Part shown: positions 1 through 12,705 of the stretch, piece by piece | Layout: the number at the start of each line of letters is the position of its first letter | Position numbering within the stretch: position 1 is the stretch's first letter | From: the human T2T-CHM13v2.0 reference genome, Homo sapiens | Reading direction: 5' to 3' (one strand) | DNA length: 64,000 nt | NCBI RefSeq assembly: GCF_009914755.1 | Contig: NC_060925.1 | Translations under genes and position numbers: made by a program | Notes under the pieces: model-generated | What the model saw: only the letters and a program-made list of their open reading frames with translations | What the model was told of the DNA's origin: nothing | Databases searched by the model: none

Positions 1-187
<187 letters not shown>

Positions 188-1371
188 TCACACCTGTGCC
201 AGCCAGATTCGATTCCTGCTTTGATCCAACCCTTGCCTTACGGTTCAGCCTTGCCAGCCTCAGGGATGGGGCACACTGTGTGCTGTAGAGACTTGGACAC
301 TACCCATTGCCAGCCAAGCTGCCCCCAGGAAAGCCCTGAGTGTCAGTGCTCTGTTAGGCCTCGGCAGGGGGCCAGCAGCTGTCCTCCAGAAGCTTTCAGC
401 CTAAGAAGGAATGGTTTGCAGTTCTTTTCCAGCCCTTTATAGTTTTACAGAGCAAAGATTTCTCCTCCAAGCTCATTGCATCCTCATGCCAGCTGGGAGG
501 GTGGACAAGATAGAAGCCACAGGCACCTGCTCTGCTTAAAATAAAAATTTTTTAAAATGTTCTTTAGCTTTTCTTTTGGTGCTGGGGTTCAGGAGGCTGG
601 TCCTGCAGAAGCAGAAGTGCTTATGACGAGCTTCCCTGGAAATCCCAGAAGGGAAGTTTGGGAAGGATTCTGAGACAGCGGGAAGCTGATGATTTTGAAG
701 ATGAGAGACCTGTCCAGGGTCCCACAGTGAGTGTGCAGAGCCAGCAGGGGAGGCTGGTCGGCCGTGCCTCACCCAGCACTCAGCTCTGATCAGACGTGGA
801 GCTGAGATGACCAGGGCCTGACTTGACCATGACCTCAGGAAGATCCGGGCAGTCAAGTCTGGGATGGAGACTCGGAAGCCTGCCTAGTTCAGAGCTGCCC
901 GATCAGGCGAGGGGAATCCCAAGGCCAAGTAGTGATGGGAATGCAATGCCCCCTCCCCAGCCCATTCTACATCCCCTGTCTTTTGCATATGACTGAGAAC
1001 CTCTGACCTGAAGCCCTGGCGGGATTCCAGTACAGCCCAGACAAAAAATTTCCCCTGTGGTTTGAAATGGATCTCAGCCATCACTTCCTGTGCCCCATGG
1101 GAGGTGGGAGCGGAACAGGGGGCCAGAAAGGGGGTGACCTTGTTGTCAGGTTCCACAGATACACTTGGGGGGCTCTGGCGTGAGAGTCTGTCCACTGAGG
1201 GTTCCACCCTGGCCAGGTCTATCTGTGTGACTTCTGGCAAATCCCTCTCCTCTGAAATGGATGGGACCTAAGGGCAATTGTCTGGCAACTGTGGTTTTAA
1301 CTACTTTGTCCTCCTGAGGGACCAGAAGGGACGTAAGACAGAAGCCAAGCCAGGAGGTATTGGGGAAGGAC

Positions 1372-1510
1372 TAAGGTTTTGAATTGGACAGTCTGAAATC
1401 AAATGCTGGCCCCACCACTTACTTGCTGTGTGGCCCTGGGCAAGTGACTTCACCTCTCTGAGGTTCCATCTCTGCATTAATAATACTAATAATAATCACA
1501 GGATGTGAGC
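1372..1510 (+). mobile_element. MIR fragment
   Basis: MIR core ccacttacttgctgtgtggccctgggcaagtgacttcacctctctgag. Confidence 0.75.
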
Positions 1511-3419
1511 CCCGTTTTTCTGCCAGACACTCTTCCAAGTGACTCCTCTCTGACACGGCCCAATCACCCTCTAGGGTAGAGGCTCTGAGGATCCCAAGTA
1601 GGAGACGAGGGTGTGAGGTTTGGCATGAACACTGCCCGCCCGACTCCAGATGCCCTGGCCTTTGCTGCCTGCCATGCAAGAGGCGGTCTTGCAGATGAAA
1701 GGAGATCATTTGAGAGAAGTTTCCAGCTCCCTGTGCTCAGTCATGGAAGTTGTCATATTATTGTCACCGTTACTCACTTTCCTCCTTTCCCTGGTGAGGG
1801 CCGGCCCTGCCTCGTAAGTCCAACTCCTGCCCACTGCTCCCCATGGGGTGCCCACCGCCTCCAGCTGGGAGCCTCCTCTGCACTCTCTGTCCTCCAAAAC
1901 CCATGGATGTGCCTCCAGGGGGCAGAGGTCTGGGGGCCCTTCTGAAGGCCTGTGGCTCAGCCCCCTCATTTCAGAGGCAGGGAGAGGCCACTTCCCAGGA
2001 CCCCACAGTGGCTCCAGCACGTGCAGCCCCCCAGCCCCTTCTTCCTCTTCTTTCTGGGTCCTTTCCCAGAGTCAGCTGCCTCCTGCCACCAGGCAGCAGG
2101 GCCACTGGGGATGGCTGGCTAGGCTCTTGGCTTCGACACACATGGTGGCTTCATCCCTGGGTGGAGCAGTTGCTTGCCTGCAAGATGGCTTCTAGAATGT
2201 CTTCCCTGCGTGCCGGAAAGTCCACCATGAGCGTGCCATCCTCCAGAGTCAAGCACGCAGCATGGTACCTGCTAAGCTCCCCAGGAAAGATGGGAGCTGG
2301 GAGACCTAAGAGGGCATGGGGGGTGCTGCAGGGGAATGAGGTGGTCAGAGCCCAGGGCAGGGTCACAGAGTGGCATCTGAGACTGAGGGCAGCCACCAGC
2401 AAGGTGAGTTTGTTCCTCTCCTCTCTGCTGGGCCCTTTGGGTGCCCCTAGGCTCTGCGGCGGGCACTGGGGTTTGAAATATGGGCAGAAAAGATGAAGGC
2501 TTCTTTCCTCCCATTCTCCCAGTGCGCACGCCTCAGCTGGCTTCCTCATTCACTCGTGTTCACTCGGCAAACATGTACTGAGCACCTCTGGGGGGCCGAG
2601 TGCCTCTGGGCCCTGCAGCTCGCCTGAGTCCTCATCCGAGTCCGCACCCCACCTCCGTCCTCTGCAGGTCCCCTTCTCTCCCTGACTCTCCTCCGCCACC
2701 CTCATCAGCCCCAGGGCTCGGGGAGCTGGGACAGAACCCAAAGAGAGATGAGCTCGTGGTCTCAGCTGTGAAGTTGGCTTTGGTTTTTCGGTTGCAAATC
2801 ACACCCATATTAGGAACCGGCGGGAAGGAAGATGACTGCGCCAGAGCCTGTGTTTTCTGGAAACACCGCAGGGCGGTGAGAGGTTTTCCAGGCCCTGCCT
2901 CAAGCCAAGAGGCAAGATTTGAATCACTGAACTGTCATGAGGTGTCTCCCAAGTCCTGGGTCCAGCATTGCTCCCTGAGAGCACCAGGAAGTAAAATGCC
3001 CTCAACACAGAGGTCCCCTGAGACCCACAGAGAGCCCACGAAACACTCACCGAGCGCCGACTTGGCGCCAAACCCTTCCCATTCACTTGGCCATTTAATT
3101 TTCAAAACCTGTTGTGTGACAAGTGGTGACTCTCACTCCACAGAAAAGGAAGCCACTCCACTCTTGAAAAGGATGCCAAGCGGCACCCCCGCGGCCACAC
3201 AGCCAGCAGCCCAGATCTACCTTCTCCAAAGCTTGGCTCTGAATTGCGAGGCTGCAAAGCCCCATTCTCCTGGTGCCCATCTTGCCCAGCCCAGCAGCGG
3301 GAGCCCTTCTCAGGGAAGAACCTGTTGCGAGGGGAGAGGCGGAGCTGTCGCTGATGGACGGAGCACAGCTCCCCACCCGCAGTGGGTACTCAGGAAATGT
3401 CTGTTGACAAACAATCCTG

Positions 3420-3605
3420 TCTTCATAAAAACAAAACTGGCAATGCAAGTGCATAAAAGAAAAATACTGGAATGAAATGCACCCAAATGTCACTATTCTA
3501 ATGAAGATGATAAGGAATGTGATTTTCTTGCTCTTTCCTGTGCTTATCTGTATTTTCTATATTTGTTGCAGAGAAGTTAAAAGAAAAGAAAAACCGTAAA
3601 AGGAA
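3420..3605 (+). mobile_element. Old L1ME 3'-end fragment
   Basis: AT-rich block resembling an L1ME 3' UTR (aaaatactggaatgaaatgcacccaaatg...gtgattttcttgctc...ctgtattttcta). Confidence 0.4.
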
Positions 3606-3824
3606 AGCCAAATGCCTCCTCCAGAGCTGTCTGACAGGGTTTTGGGGAGAGATGGTCTGGGGAGGCTGCAGTCAGCAGTACAGCCCCCGGGGGCTGTCAA
3701 CAAGCAAGAGAGGTCAGAGACCAGTGGCCCTGGCTGGCCTCCCTGGTTGACCCTCTTAGAATCAGAAGATACCACTTTGAGCATCTTGGGGTGCAGGTGA
3801 TGAGGGGAAACAGTAACTTTGGGA

Positions 3825-4375
<551 letters not shown>

Positions 4376-4920
4376 TGTTTTTCTTCTCTTCCAGTCCCCA
4401 TGGTCATTAGGTAAAGCCTGGCCTTGGCACTCAGGCTGGAAGTTGGCTAGAGGGGATTTGGAACTAACCCCCTTGGTGTAAGGTGAAGAGTCTGAAATTT
4501 AGGGAGGGGAGGAGGTAAGAACAGAGTCAGACTCCTCCCTCCGCCACACCTTGCTGCTTCCAGCCCTCACTGTTCCAGAGCAGAAAGTGTGGGGTTTAGA
4601 TGCTCCCGGGGACCTGAGATCCATGTCAGTCCTCCCAGTGTGTGGTTCTAACACCTTCCTCAGTGTGGGCCTCTCCCTGTCCTCCCACCCCACCCAGCCC
4701 CACCCTGGCCAGTCTCAGGACCTGTGGAAACCAGGAGGACCAACCAAGTTCTCCTTCTCACTCTCTGTCTGAGTCAACCCCACCACACCATGGAGGTGAC
4801 TCAGAGGAGACAAAGCCCCAAACCACACCCCATTCACGGTTTGGAGGGGAGCCTCACTCCAGGGCTGGGTTTCCCAGGGTCTGTTCTGCCCTGCCAGACA
4901 CTCTCAGGCTCCCTAGGAAG

Positions 4921-5310
4921 AGGAGGATGGAGACTGGAGAGATGGAGGGATGGAAGGATGGAGGCTGGAGAGATGGAGACTGGAGGGATGGAGGATGAAG
5001 GGATGGAGGCTGGAGGGATGGAGGGATGGAGGCTGGAGGAATGGAGGCTGGAGAGATGGAAGGATGGAGGCTGGAGGGATGGAGACTAGAGGGATGGAGG
5101 CTGAAAAGATGGAGGGATGGGAGGGATGGACGCTGTAAGGATAGGGGCTGGAGGGTGGAGGCTGGAGGGATAGAAGGATGGCGGGATGGGAGGAATGGAG
5201 GCTGGAGGGATGAAAGGATGGAGGCTGGAAGGATAGAGGCTGGAGAGATGGAAAGATGGAGGCTGGAGCAATACAAGGATGGAGGCTGGAGGGATGGAGG
5301 CTGGAGGGAT
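4921..5310 (+). repeat. Purine-rich minisatellite, ~15-bp unit GGATGGAGGCTGGAG
   Basis: Many degenerate tandem copies seen directly; produces low-complexity ORFs in several frames. Confidence 0.95.
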
Positions 5311-5509
5311 AAAGGAGGAAAACAAAGAGCGGGAGGGGTCTGGGCACTAGGCTAGGGCCTCAGCTGCTGGGCCTGTACCATGGCAGGGAATCCATGAATC
5401 CTGGAGGCATTTTTGGCTGGTTCCAAAGTCAGACAAAGTGTGAACCTCTCTCTGCTACAACCTTGGCCAGAAAGTCTGGTGCAGAGACGATGAGACACTG
5501 GGGACCCCC

Positions 5510-5745
5510 ACTTGTTCACATTTGTTCCGTTGCTCACTTGTTCAAAAAACACGCGTGAAGCCCCTGCTTGGAGCCAGGCACTGGGCTGGGTTCAGGGTTT
5601 CCAGATGAATCAGGCCTGCTCCCCGGGGGACTCCCAGTCGTTCAGAAGAGAGACAGACATTGAAACAAATAATTAAAGACACGAATGAAAGCCTCTGAGA
5701 TAAAAATACACAAGATCGGTGAACACAGAGAGAGTCACTGAGACA
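5510..5745 (-). mobile_element. L2 3' fragment
   Basis: ttgttcaaaaaacac...ccaggcactgggctggg...cagatgaatcagg...gagacagacattgaaacaaataatt follows the antisense L2 3' pattern. Confidence 0.6.
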
Positions 5746-5769
5746 AGCTTAGGGTTGACCCTAAGCTTG
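5744..5769. repeat. Perfect inverted repeat, 12-bp arms, 2-nt spacer
   Basis: caagcttagggt-tg-accctaagcttg. Confidence 0.97.
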
Positions 5770-5954
5770 AACCAGAGGGAAAACTCAGACCTCCACCGAG
5801 TAGGATGGGCAGTGGGAGGCTGGGGTGCAATGATCCTGAAGGATGCTGAGGGACCCACCACTGCTCCCGTGACCTCCACCTGACGTTCCTCAGGGAAGTG
5901 ACACCCCCTCCAAAATATGCAACGAGAGAGGCCCTGGGGAGACGCAGGCTTGGG

Positions 5955-6195
5955 TTTCAGATGTGGGCGATTCTCACACGGGCTGCAGATTCTAGGCCTT
6001 GGTCTGCAGCCCGCTCACTCCACGCCGCTGAGACTCAGTTTTCTCATCTGCCAAGTGAGAGTTCTGGATTTGGAGATGATTATTACAGCTAATATTTGCT
6101 GAACATTTACTGTGTGCCAGGCATCGCGCCAGACACTTTGCATCGGTACCTCGTTCAGCCTTCACATCCGCCCAGTGAGGTAAGTGCTATTAATA
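5955..6195. mobile_element. Two adjacent MIR fragments in opposite orientation
   Basis: gagactcagttttctcatctg (+) followed by gctaatatttgctgaacatttactgtgtgccaggc...tgaggtaagtgctatta (-). Confidence 0.65.
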
Positions 6196-6229
6196 GCAGA
6201 AGCCTCTTATCCAATGAGAGCAAAACCAG

Positions 6230-6700
6230 TGGTTGGTTAATAGAAAAAAAAATTAATGCAGGAAATCATATGATACATAAAGTAGGCATTTTATTGAACG
6301 TAACACGTGCGCGTGTACTTTTATGAGATGATCTTCTGATGCAGGGCCAAGGCTGTCTTTGAGACTGAGGCCCCCAGCTGGTGTCCTACCTTGTTTTTCT
6401 TGCATAAAACCAACCTGTGCAGCAGCGTTTATGGCTCTCATTAGGAGTCCTTTAAAGCGGAGTGGGACCTTAGAGATGCTTGTGAAGCCATCTGAGCACA
6501 GACTCCCTAGACTCCCTCTGGATTTTTAATAATCACCCCCTCCCTCCAGTTTTAGTCTACACCTAATTCAATGAAAGTTTGTGACGGATTTTAACTATTG
6601 TCTTCCCCAGTCTTTTATGGCTGTCTTGCCCACACCTCATTTGGCAGCACTTTTTTTTTTTCTTCCGTTGACAACTCGCCTATAACTGGGCCTTTGCAAA
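6230..6700. promoter_or_regulatory. Candidate enhancer with clustered posterior-HOX/CDX-type TTTAT motifs
   Basis: Repeat-free AT-rich block: CATAAA 6276, TTTTATTG 6289, TTTTATGA 6319, CATAAAA 6403, TTTATGG 6428, TTTTATGG 6613; E-box CACGTG 6304. Confidence 0.45.
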
Positions 6701-7529
6701 GTCCTTTCTTGGTTTTCTGTGACACGACTCTCTTTCCCATTCACATTCTGGTCTCCCTGGTTCGGCCACTACAGCCAGCAGCTGCAGGTCTGGGAAGAAG
6801 CCTCACTGAGTCAGAGGAGCCGCCTAGGTGGGAATAGCAGCGGCCGGCCTGCCTGGAACATTCAGGAAGCTGTGGCATCTACTAGCCTCTCTTTCAAAGG
6901 ACAGGGAGAGTGTTTGTTAATCCAGAGTGGGTTGAAGGGAGGTCTTGTAAGGCACTTTCTATGGTTTGATTCCCATTCTACAGGTGAGGAAACTGAGGTA
7001 CATGAAGTCACTTCCCCAAGGCCACCCTAGGCTCGTCTAGCTGGGATCTGAACCCAGGCCTGCCTGGCTCCACGTTCTTCATCCTCACACCCTGCTACCT
7101 CCTTGTTGCACCAGAGGGGGTCCCTGTGCAACCCAGGTCTGGCTTTCCTGCTGGAAGGACTTAAAGGATCTCTCTTGCATGTGGAATTTGAGGTGCATTT
7201 AAACATTGTCCACACTAAGCCTGGTACGGAAGATGGCCACCGATCTTGGGGCAAGGTCTTCTCCCTTGGTCCTGTGTCTCCACGCCCAGGCCTGGTATGC
7301 AGCAGGTGCTCATGAGTGTCAGGAGCTGGACAGGAACAGTCAGGATGCCTTTTGTGTTTCTGCCAGTGTCGCGAGCACCTGCTCTGGGGCATGCACCAGG
7401 CTGGGTTCCAGGATCTAACAGGAAGGAGAAGCTGGTCCCATCACTGGCCTCAGAGGTCAGTGTCTAGCAGGGTCATTCCATGTCCCCTCGTCCAAGCCTC
7501 CTCTGGTCAGACTTCCTCTGAGGGGACAG

Positions 7530-7680
7530 GGGGTTGTTAAATATGCAAAGGATGTGGATTTTGGAGTCAGACACATCTGAGCTCCAATTACAGCTCTGCC
7601 ACTTATTGGCTGTGCGTGTAACCTCAGACCGATGGCCACCTCTCAGCCTCGGTACAAACGACAATGCCTCATTCTAGGCC
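7530..7680 (+). mobile_element. MIR
   Basis: ttggagtcagacacatctgagctccaattacagctctgccacttattggctgtg. Confidence 0.7.
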
Positions 7681-9192
7681 CTTGGTGGGCAGACCCCCAG
7701 CAGGGCTAGGAGTCCCTTGAGCCCCAGGGAGGAGGAAGCCCGTAGGCAGGAGGGGTTCGGCTGTGGACAGGGGACCTGGCAGTCAGCTCCCAGAAGCTTC
7801 CGACCGTTGGTGGCTGTGGAGAGCGAAGCGGTATGCAGGGGAAATGAAAAGAGGCCAGACGTCGTCCAGGCCGCAGCACGCAAGGGCACCTCACTCCGCT
7901 CCTTCGTTCCCTCCCAGGCTCAGAAAGGGGAAGGCAGCCCAGACCAGGAAGTGGCCAGCTTCTGATGGCCACCGCATGGGGACCGCACCAGCCCCAGCAG
8001 GAAGTGGCTGGCCCCTTCCCACCCCCTGCCGAGCCAGGCCCTCCTGCACTCACACTTGGGAACCAGCCAGCCTGAAAGTCCCTGTTCTCAGGTTCTGGGA
8101 CCAGCACTGCATTCTTAGAAGCCTGGGTCCGGCCGGGGCCCCTGATGTTGTGGCTGGGGGTCCACAGACCTGGGTTCTCAGCCCCGCTTTGCCACTTCCT
8201 CGCCCTGAAGCCTCAGCCAAGTTGCTTCCCCGTCTGGACCTGTTCCTCGTCTGTTAAATGGGGTGATCACCCACCACCCGCCGCCTCAGAGGGACAGTGA
8301 AAATGGGGAGTCCTGAAAGGCCAGAGCTGGAAAGTCCCCGAAGAGTCCTTACAGAGGAGGCAGGTGGGAAAGGAGGGAGATTGTCCCCGGTCCCACAGCC
8401 AGTGGGTAGCAGGGCCGTGAGGTTCTGGAAAGAGCACTGCATTGGGAGGTAGCACTTGGCCCAAGCCTCACTCAGCTCCTTCCTAGCTATGGGACCTTGG
8501 CCAAGTCAACCAAGGCCCCTGGGCCTTTTCCTACAAGACAGCAAACCTCGTCTCCCAGGGCTCCTGGGGCGCGCAGATGCTCCGTACTGTGTTGTGAACA
8601 GGAAGGGCTTCTTGCTGGAGGTAGACTGGAACTCAGATCTCAAGGGTTCCCGTTCTTTGCTGCCCCTCCCCTGAACTCCATATGCAAGGAGTGGGGTCTG
8701 GCACCTCCTGAGGGGAGGACTCCTCTTGCTTGCCTCTACCCCTGCCTCCCCCCATTGGGTGAGAGGTGGCAAATCTCTTTCCTTGATTCCACTGAGTCAC
8801 TGGAGGCCGTGCTCTTGGAGGAGCTGCGTGTGAAGTCACCTCTCCCACATCAGCAGCCAGAGACGCCATTGCCACTGACACTGTGGCACCCAAACCCCCG
8901 TCTACTGCAGGCTGGCAGAGCCCTCCACAGACCCCGGAGCCCAAACAGCCTTTGTGGTGCAGCCAAGGGGTAAGGGGGAGGCTGGGCGGGGCCCGGAGCA
9001 GCCCTCCAGCAGCAGGCTTCCTGATGCTGTTGGCACCACTGCCCAGTCCCAGCTCAGGCTTCTGGAGAGTGGGCCTCAGGATGGCAGAGCTGGCAGAGGA
9101 GGTAGAGGCTAGCCCATCGTGGGGACAGAATGAGAGTCCATGGACCTAAAGAAGAGCTGGGAACCGCAAATCCCATGTGGAATTATGGGATA

Positions 9193-9252
9193 TGTGTGTG
9201 TGTGTATGTATGTGTGTGTGTGTGTATGTATGTGTGTGTGTGTGTGTGTGTG
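9193..9252. repeat. (TG)n/(TGTA) microsatellite
   Basis: Seen directly. Confidence 0.97.
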
Positions 9253-9608
9253 TTCATATACACACATTATCTGCATTTCCCAAGGAGGAGGGTCAGGTTT
9301 CATCAGATTCTCAAAGACAAAAATAACATGTTCAGGACCAGGATGCTTTTTCCCTTTTCCCATTCCCAGATGAGGCAGTTGAGGCACAGAGAAAAAATTA
9401 CCTCACAGTTCTTACAGGCAGGATAAGGAAGGGTAGTTGATGTTCCAATGATGACTTCCTTTTTCTGGTTCAAAAAAGGTCTCTGGAGAGTTCAGAGGGA
9501 GACTCTATCCCATCTTCCTGTCCCAGAACATTGATGGTAGCTGTGGCTGGAAGAGTGAGCTCACCCAGGAGAAGAGGTTAGGTCTCCTGAACCAAACCCC
9601 AGAGCTCC

Positions 9609-10340
9609 CACCAGCACTACCACCATCGCCACCACCATCATCACCACCAGCACCACTACCATCACCAGCACCACCACTATCAACACTACCACAGTCACCA
9701 CTAGCATCACTGTTACCACCATCAACACCACCACCACTACCATCAACACCACCATCACTACCAGCACCACCATCAACACCAACACCACCATTATCATCAG
9801 CACTACCATAATCACCATCACCAGCAACACTACCATCATCACCATGAACATCACTACCATCACCACTAGCATCATTATCAACCACCATCACTAATACCAC
9901 TGGAATCACCACCACTACCACCATCACCACTATCAACACCATCCCCACCATCCACATCATCAACACCACCACCAACACCACCATCATCACCACTAACACC
10001 ATAACCAGCACTACCATCACTACCACAATCAACACCATTACAAGCATCAGCACCACCATCATCACCACCACCACTACCATCACCACCATCACTATTGACA
10101 CCACTCTCACTACCACCATCACCACCGTCACTACTGACACCAGCACTACTATCTGATTACCAGCATCATCATCAACGTCATCACCACTACAATCACTACC
10201 ATCACTATCAACACCACCATCACCACCATCCCTATTGACACCAGCACTACTATCAGACTACCAGTATCTCCATCAACACCATCATCACCACCACCACCAT
10301 CAACACCATAACCACAAGCACTGCCAGCACCGCCATTGAC
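9609..10340. repeat. (CAC/CAT/TAC)n degenerate trinucleotide low-complexity repeat
   Basis: ~730 bp of caccaccatcatcac-type triplets; source of the poly-V/M ORFs on the minus strand. Confidence 0.95.
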
Positions 10341-10624
10341 ACATGGTCTGCATTAGAGACTGAGCTAATCATCTTGCTTCTACCATTACCCTGCTGGTAA
10401 TTGGGATACCCAGCTCAGGCTTCACCCAGAACCCTGTGGGACCAGCCAAGGGTGGGTGAAAATGAACCTCTGTGCTCTGAGGCAGGTGAGGACATTCCGA
10501 ATGGAAAATGCCAATTGCAAAATGAGCTTAACTGACCTGACCTTCACATCAGACCCCCTTGGGGATGGTAGGAGAAATGTACATATTGGTCCCTCTATCT
10601 CTCAACAAATATTTACTATATATT

Positions 10625-10870
10625 ATTTTAGCTGACACCTATGCACCACTGATCAAGCACTGTTTTAATTACTTTAGATATATGAACTAATTCAACCTTT
10701 GTAGTAACCCTATGAGGTGGGTAGTATTATTATCCCTATTTTGCAGTCGAGGAAACAAAGGTACAGAAGTGAAATAGCTTATCCAAGGCCAGGCACTTAG
10801 TAAATGGCAAGGCCAAGATTTGAACTCAGACATCCCAACACGCAGAGTCCACGCACCTAACCACTACACT
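10625..10870 (-). mobile_element. MIR
   Basis: aaccctatgaggtgggtagtattattatccctattttgcagtcgaggaaacaaagg...agatttgaactcagac. Confidence 0.8.
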
Positions 10871-11134
10871 CACTGTCAGATGGAAGGAGCATGGGACACG
10901 CCAAAGAAAATCCCAGGTGTGCAAACCTGCAAGTAACTGTGATCTCCTTGAAGGCATGGGCCATATCATTTGCGCTGCTGTGTTCTCAGAGCCTATCACC
11001 AGGCCTGGTATACAGTAAGGGCTCAATAAATGTTAGCTGAATAAGTGAATTGATCGGTAACACTGGGCTTCAAACCCTTCCCCCGGCACCTCTTCCTTCC
11101 TCCCCTGAGCCGCACTTGAGGGCAGTATCGGAAG

Positions 11135-11169
11135 CTGTAGTTCTACTGCCAGCCAACAGAGGGCAACAT
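11135..11169 (+). promoter_or_regulatory. Candidate extended CTCF site (upstream motif plus core)
   Basis: Core CCAACAGAGGGCAA at 11153 (consensus CCASYAGRKGGCRS); TGTAGTTCT, a TGCAGTNCC-like upstream motif, starts 17 nt earlier. Confidence 0.55.
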
Positions 11170-11580
11170 GTATAATAGGGTGAGATCGGCCATCAGCCAG
11201 GAAGAAGGAATTAGGAGGAAGAGGAGGCAATACTTTGTGGCAGGCATGAATGCACTTATTGATTAAAAACAAAATTGAGACAAACCTTGGAACCTACCAC
11301 ATGATGGGACACTATGGCTGGTATTTTCTATTTGACAGCTGAGGAAACTGAGGTTCAGAAAGGGAAAGGTCGTTGCCCAAGGTCATGCAGCAAGTGAGTG
11401 GCAAAGCCAGGCTGAAGAACCTAGGTCTCCTGGGCTCTTTCCCAACCAGAACTCAAAAAACAGCTGACAGATGGGAAGATAGACCAGACATCTCCCTGTC
11501 TGTCAAAACAAGACAAGGTGGGCTCTGGAAGAGGGACGTTGAAAGTTACCAGCCAGGGCAAACCCCTAACCCTGCTTACC

Positions 11581-11662
11581 ATCCCTCCTACCCTACCCCA
11601 CCCCACCCCACCCCACCTTATGCCCCAGCCCCATTCCCCTCCCTCCCCTCCCCACCCCCCCG
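11581..11662 (-). other. Potential G-quadruplex ((GGGGT)n on the minus strand)
   Basis: Plus strand reads ccctaccccaccccaccccaccccacc and cccctccctcccctcccacccccc. Confidence 0.6.
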
Positions 11663-12324
11663 CACACATAGCCAGGCCGCCCCCTGGTGTCTGTGACTGG
11701 CAGTACGCAAATGCACAGTCTCGATTTTGTCAATCCCCCTGCCATGAGGATGCATCTCCACCTTATAGGCCCAGGTCTGACCACAGGCTGCTGGGGTAGC
11801 AAGGGACCAAGAGCACCAGGTTCCAGTCCCTCCAGGGACTCACAGGCCACAGGATGAGGCAAGATGGCCCCAGAACAGAACACAGAGCTCATGTGCCGGA
11901 GTTCCAGGAATTACAGCCAATGGCCACCCCATGCAACCAGCACTGCACTCAGCACTGGTGATGCTCCACTTCTTTTAGGCCACACCATCCTATGGGGTAG
12001 GTACTTGTATTCACCTTCATTGACAGCTGAGGAAACTGAGGCTTAGCAAGGGGATGTAACCTTGCCATTGGAGTCCACACTGGCTGATTTCAAGTCAACG
12101 GCTGGTTCAGCTGCCCCATGCAATAACCCCTGTAGCTCTGAGTGAGTGTGGTAGGCTTGGACGGTAGTAGTCTTGGAAGGCTCCCAGGAGGAGGTGGGGC
12201 TCCACTGTCTCAAAGACAAGATCCAACTCCTTGCCATCACCCACTGGTGACAACAATCATCACAACAACAAGTACCATGCATTAAGTACTTAGTGCTGGG
12301 TGCTGCAGTTTAAGTACTTTACAT

Positions 12325-12705
12325 GGATTATTTACTCATTCATTCATTTATATATTTACTGAGCATCTCCTATGCACCTGTGTGCTAGGTGCTGGATCAC
12401 AACAGTGAACAAAACAGACAAAAATTCCTGACCTCATGAGACTTATATTCTGGACATGAGAGAAAGATAATAAGCAAAATAAAAGCATACAGTGTGTGCC
12501 AGTGATCATATAATAACTTCTGGAGAAAAATTAATTAGGAGGAGGAGAGAAGGCATTTGGGGAAGGTGTTAGTACTTTAAGCTGTGTGGTCAGGGGAGGT
12601 TCCCTGAGATGACATTTAAGCAGAAAGCAGAAAGAACCATGTGGGTGTCTGGGGGAAGAGCATTCTAGGCAGCGACAATAGCCGTGCAAAGGCCCTGAGG
12701 CAACT
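12325..12705 (-). mobile_element. L2 3' region
   Basis: tcattcattcatttatatatttactgagcatctcctatg...gtgaacaaaacagacaaaaattcctgacctcatgagacttatattct...ggaagagcattctaggcag...tgcaaaggccctgagg. Confidence 0.85.

Noticed and set aside
1843-3475. 217-aa and 291-aa ORFs
   Set aside because: No recognisable domain or exon structure; composition typical of GC-rich non-coding DNA.
3680-3697. 18-bp perfect palindrome acagcccccgggggctgt
   Set aside because: 9-bp arms with homopolymer runs are within chance expectation for 64 kb.
4642-5355. Overlapping repetitive ORFs (WRLEG/PPSL)
   Set aside because: Minisatellite translation artefacts.
9505-10146. Hydrophobic poly-Val/Met ORFs resembling membrane proteins
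   Set aside because: They are translations of the (CAC/CAT)n repeat.
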